Positions 63,341-64,000 of a DNA stretch of 64,000 nt are shown here, one piece after another. The DNA lies in contig CBDFLJ010000001.1 of the NCBI GenBank assembly GCA_965248835.1, forward strand, positions 1,792,001 through 1,856,000, read 5' to 3'. The position numbers were made by a program, and so were the translations under genes. The stretch comes from Alphaproteobacteria bacterium. Its GTDB lineage: Bacteria > Pseudomonadota > Alphaproteobacteria > MPNO01. The notes beneath the pieces are model-generated. The model searched no databases and had not been told where the DNA came from. It saw nothing but the letters and a program-made list of their open reading frames with translations. The stretch's first letter is position 1; the number at the start of each line of letters is the position of its first letter.

Positions 63341-64000
63341 TTATCCGCCTTGCAACGACACCAGGATCTCGCGCGATGACTCGGCAAGCTCGCACTTGAT
63401 CGCCTCGAAGTTGGCAAGCGGCGGGAACACCAGCCCGGTGCCCTCCATGTGGCCGCGCATCTCGGTGAGATAGCGGTTGACGATCTGCTCGGTGGTGCAG
63501 CGCTTGAGCCCGGTCTCAAGGCAGAACGCGTTGTCGGGCCCGGCGAGCCGGCCGAAGGCGCGCTTGACGCAGTTGGGCAGCACGCGGTCGAAGGCCGCCT
63601 GAAACTCGGCGAGCTGAGCCGGGTCCCTGGCGACTTCCTTGAGGTTCTCCACGCCGTTGTCGTAGTGGTCCTCCTCGTCGGCCAGCACCACTTCCTGGCT
63701 GTCTGCCCAGGGCACGTAGCTCGACCGGCGATACTCCATGATCTGATGGCTGCCCGCGCGGTCGACGGTGAAGTTGAACACCGCGATGTGCAGCCAGTTG
63801 TCGAGATCGATCTGCCAGAATTCGCCGGAATCGGGGCGGCCGGCGATGATCGCCTCCGGGTCCTCGCCGAGATCGACCAGCAGGTCGTAGAGCCCCTGGC
63901 TGTGGCGCGCCTCCTCGGCGGCGAATTCCGCGGCCAAGGCCTTCTCCTTCCAGTTCGGCGCCACCGAGATCGCCTTGCCGAACACCTCGGCCGTCGCCGT
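63341..64000 (-). CDS. Ferritin-like diiron protein, PaaA/PaaC family (5' end outside the window)
   Basis: AP....K, EEARH, N..VDRAG, SSYVPW, DEEDH; the frame is open to the window edge. Confidence 0.75.
   Translation of the reverse strand, partial: TATAEVFGKAISVAPNWKEKALAAEFAAEEARHSQGLYDLLVDLGEDPEAIIAGRPDSGEFWQIDLDNWLHIAVFNFTVDRAGSHQIMEYRRSSYVPWADSQEVVLADEEDHYDNGVENLKEVARDPAQLAEFQAAFDRVLPNCVKRAFGRLAGPDNAFCLETGLKRCTTEQIVNRYLTEMRGHMEGTGLVFPPLANFEAIKCELAESSREILVSLQGG

Overview
High-GC (roughly 68-70% by eye) chromosomal segment of an alphaproteobacterium, probably Rhodospirillales-like. The gene content points that way: regBA, mmcB, ycgN, and the rpsT-dnaA-dnaN-recF-gyrB and mutM/ubiE-ubiB-coaBC-dut-moeB blocks. 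The housekeeping core (about 14-42 kb) is flanked by two accessory regions of catabolic and transport genes. The left region (4.7-14.2 kb) holds amidohydrolases, an SDR, a CmtC/DhbA-like extradiol dioxygenase, an arylformamidase-like hydrolase, TauE, an MFS, an orphan TctC and an AMDase-like protein. The right region (42.7-64 kb) holds hmgA, a Rieske oxygenase coupled to a two-subunit Mo-hydroxylase, amidohydrolases, paired CMD and paired GST genes, an infA paralogue, hutU, a split TRAP system and a PaaA-like diiron protein. I saw no rRNA, tRNA, IS element, prophage or CRISPR array. Best leads: (i) an operon joining a reductase-less Rieske oxygenase to an FAD-less Mo-hydroxylase; (ii) a 59-aa Cys4 zinc-ribbon ORF missed by the ORF track, divergent from an atypical infA; (iii) a CobS homologue that has lost its conserved acidic motifs; (iv) candidate NrdR and LexA boxes in front of unexpected genes; (v) repeated leaderless-promoter architecture; (vi) short tandem duplications over RBS/start regions. 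All functional calls come from reading motifs by eye; no database search was run.
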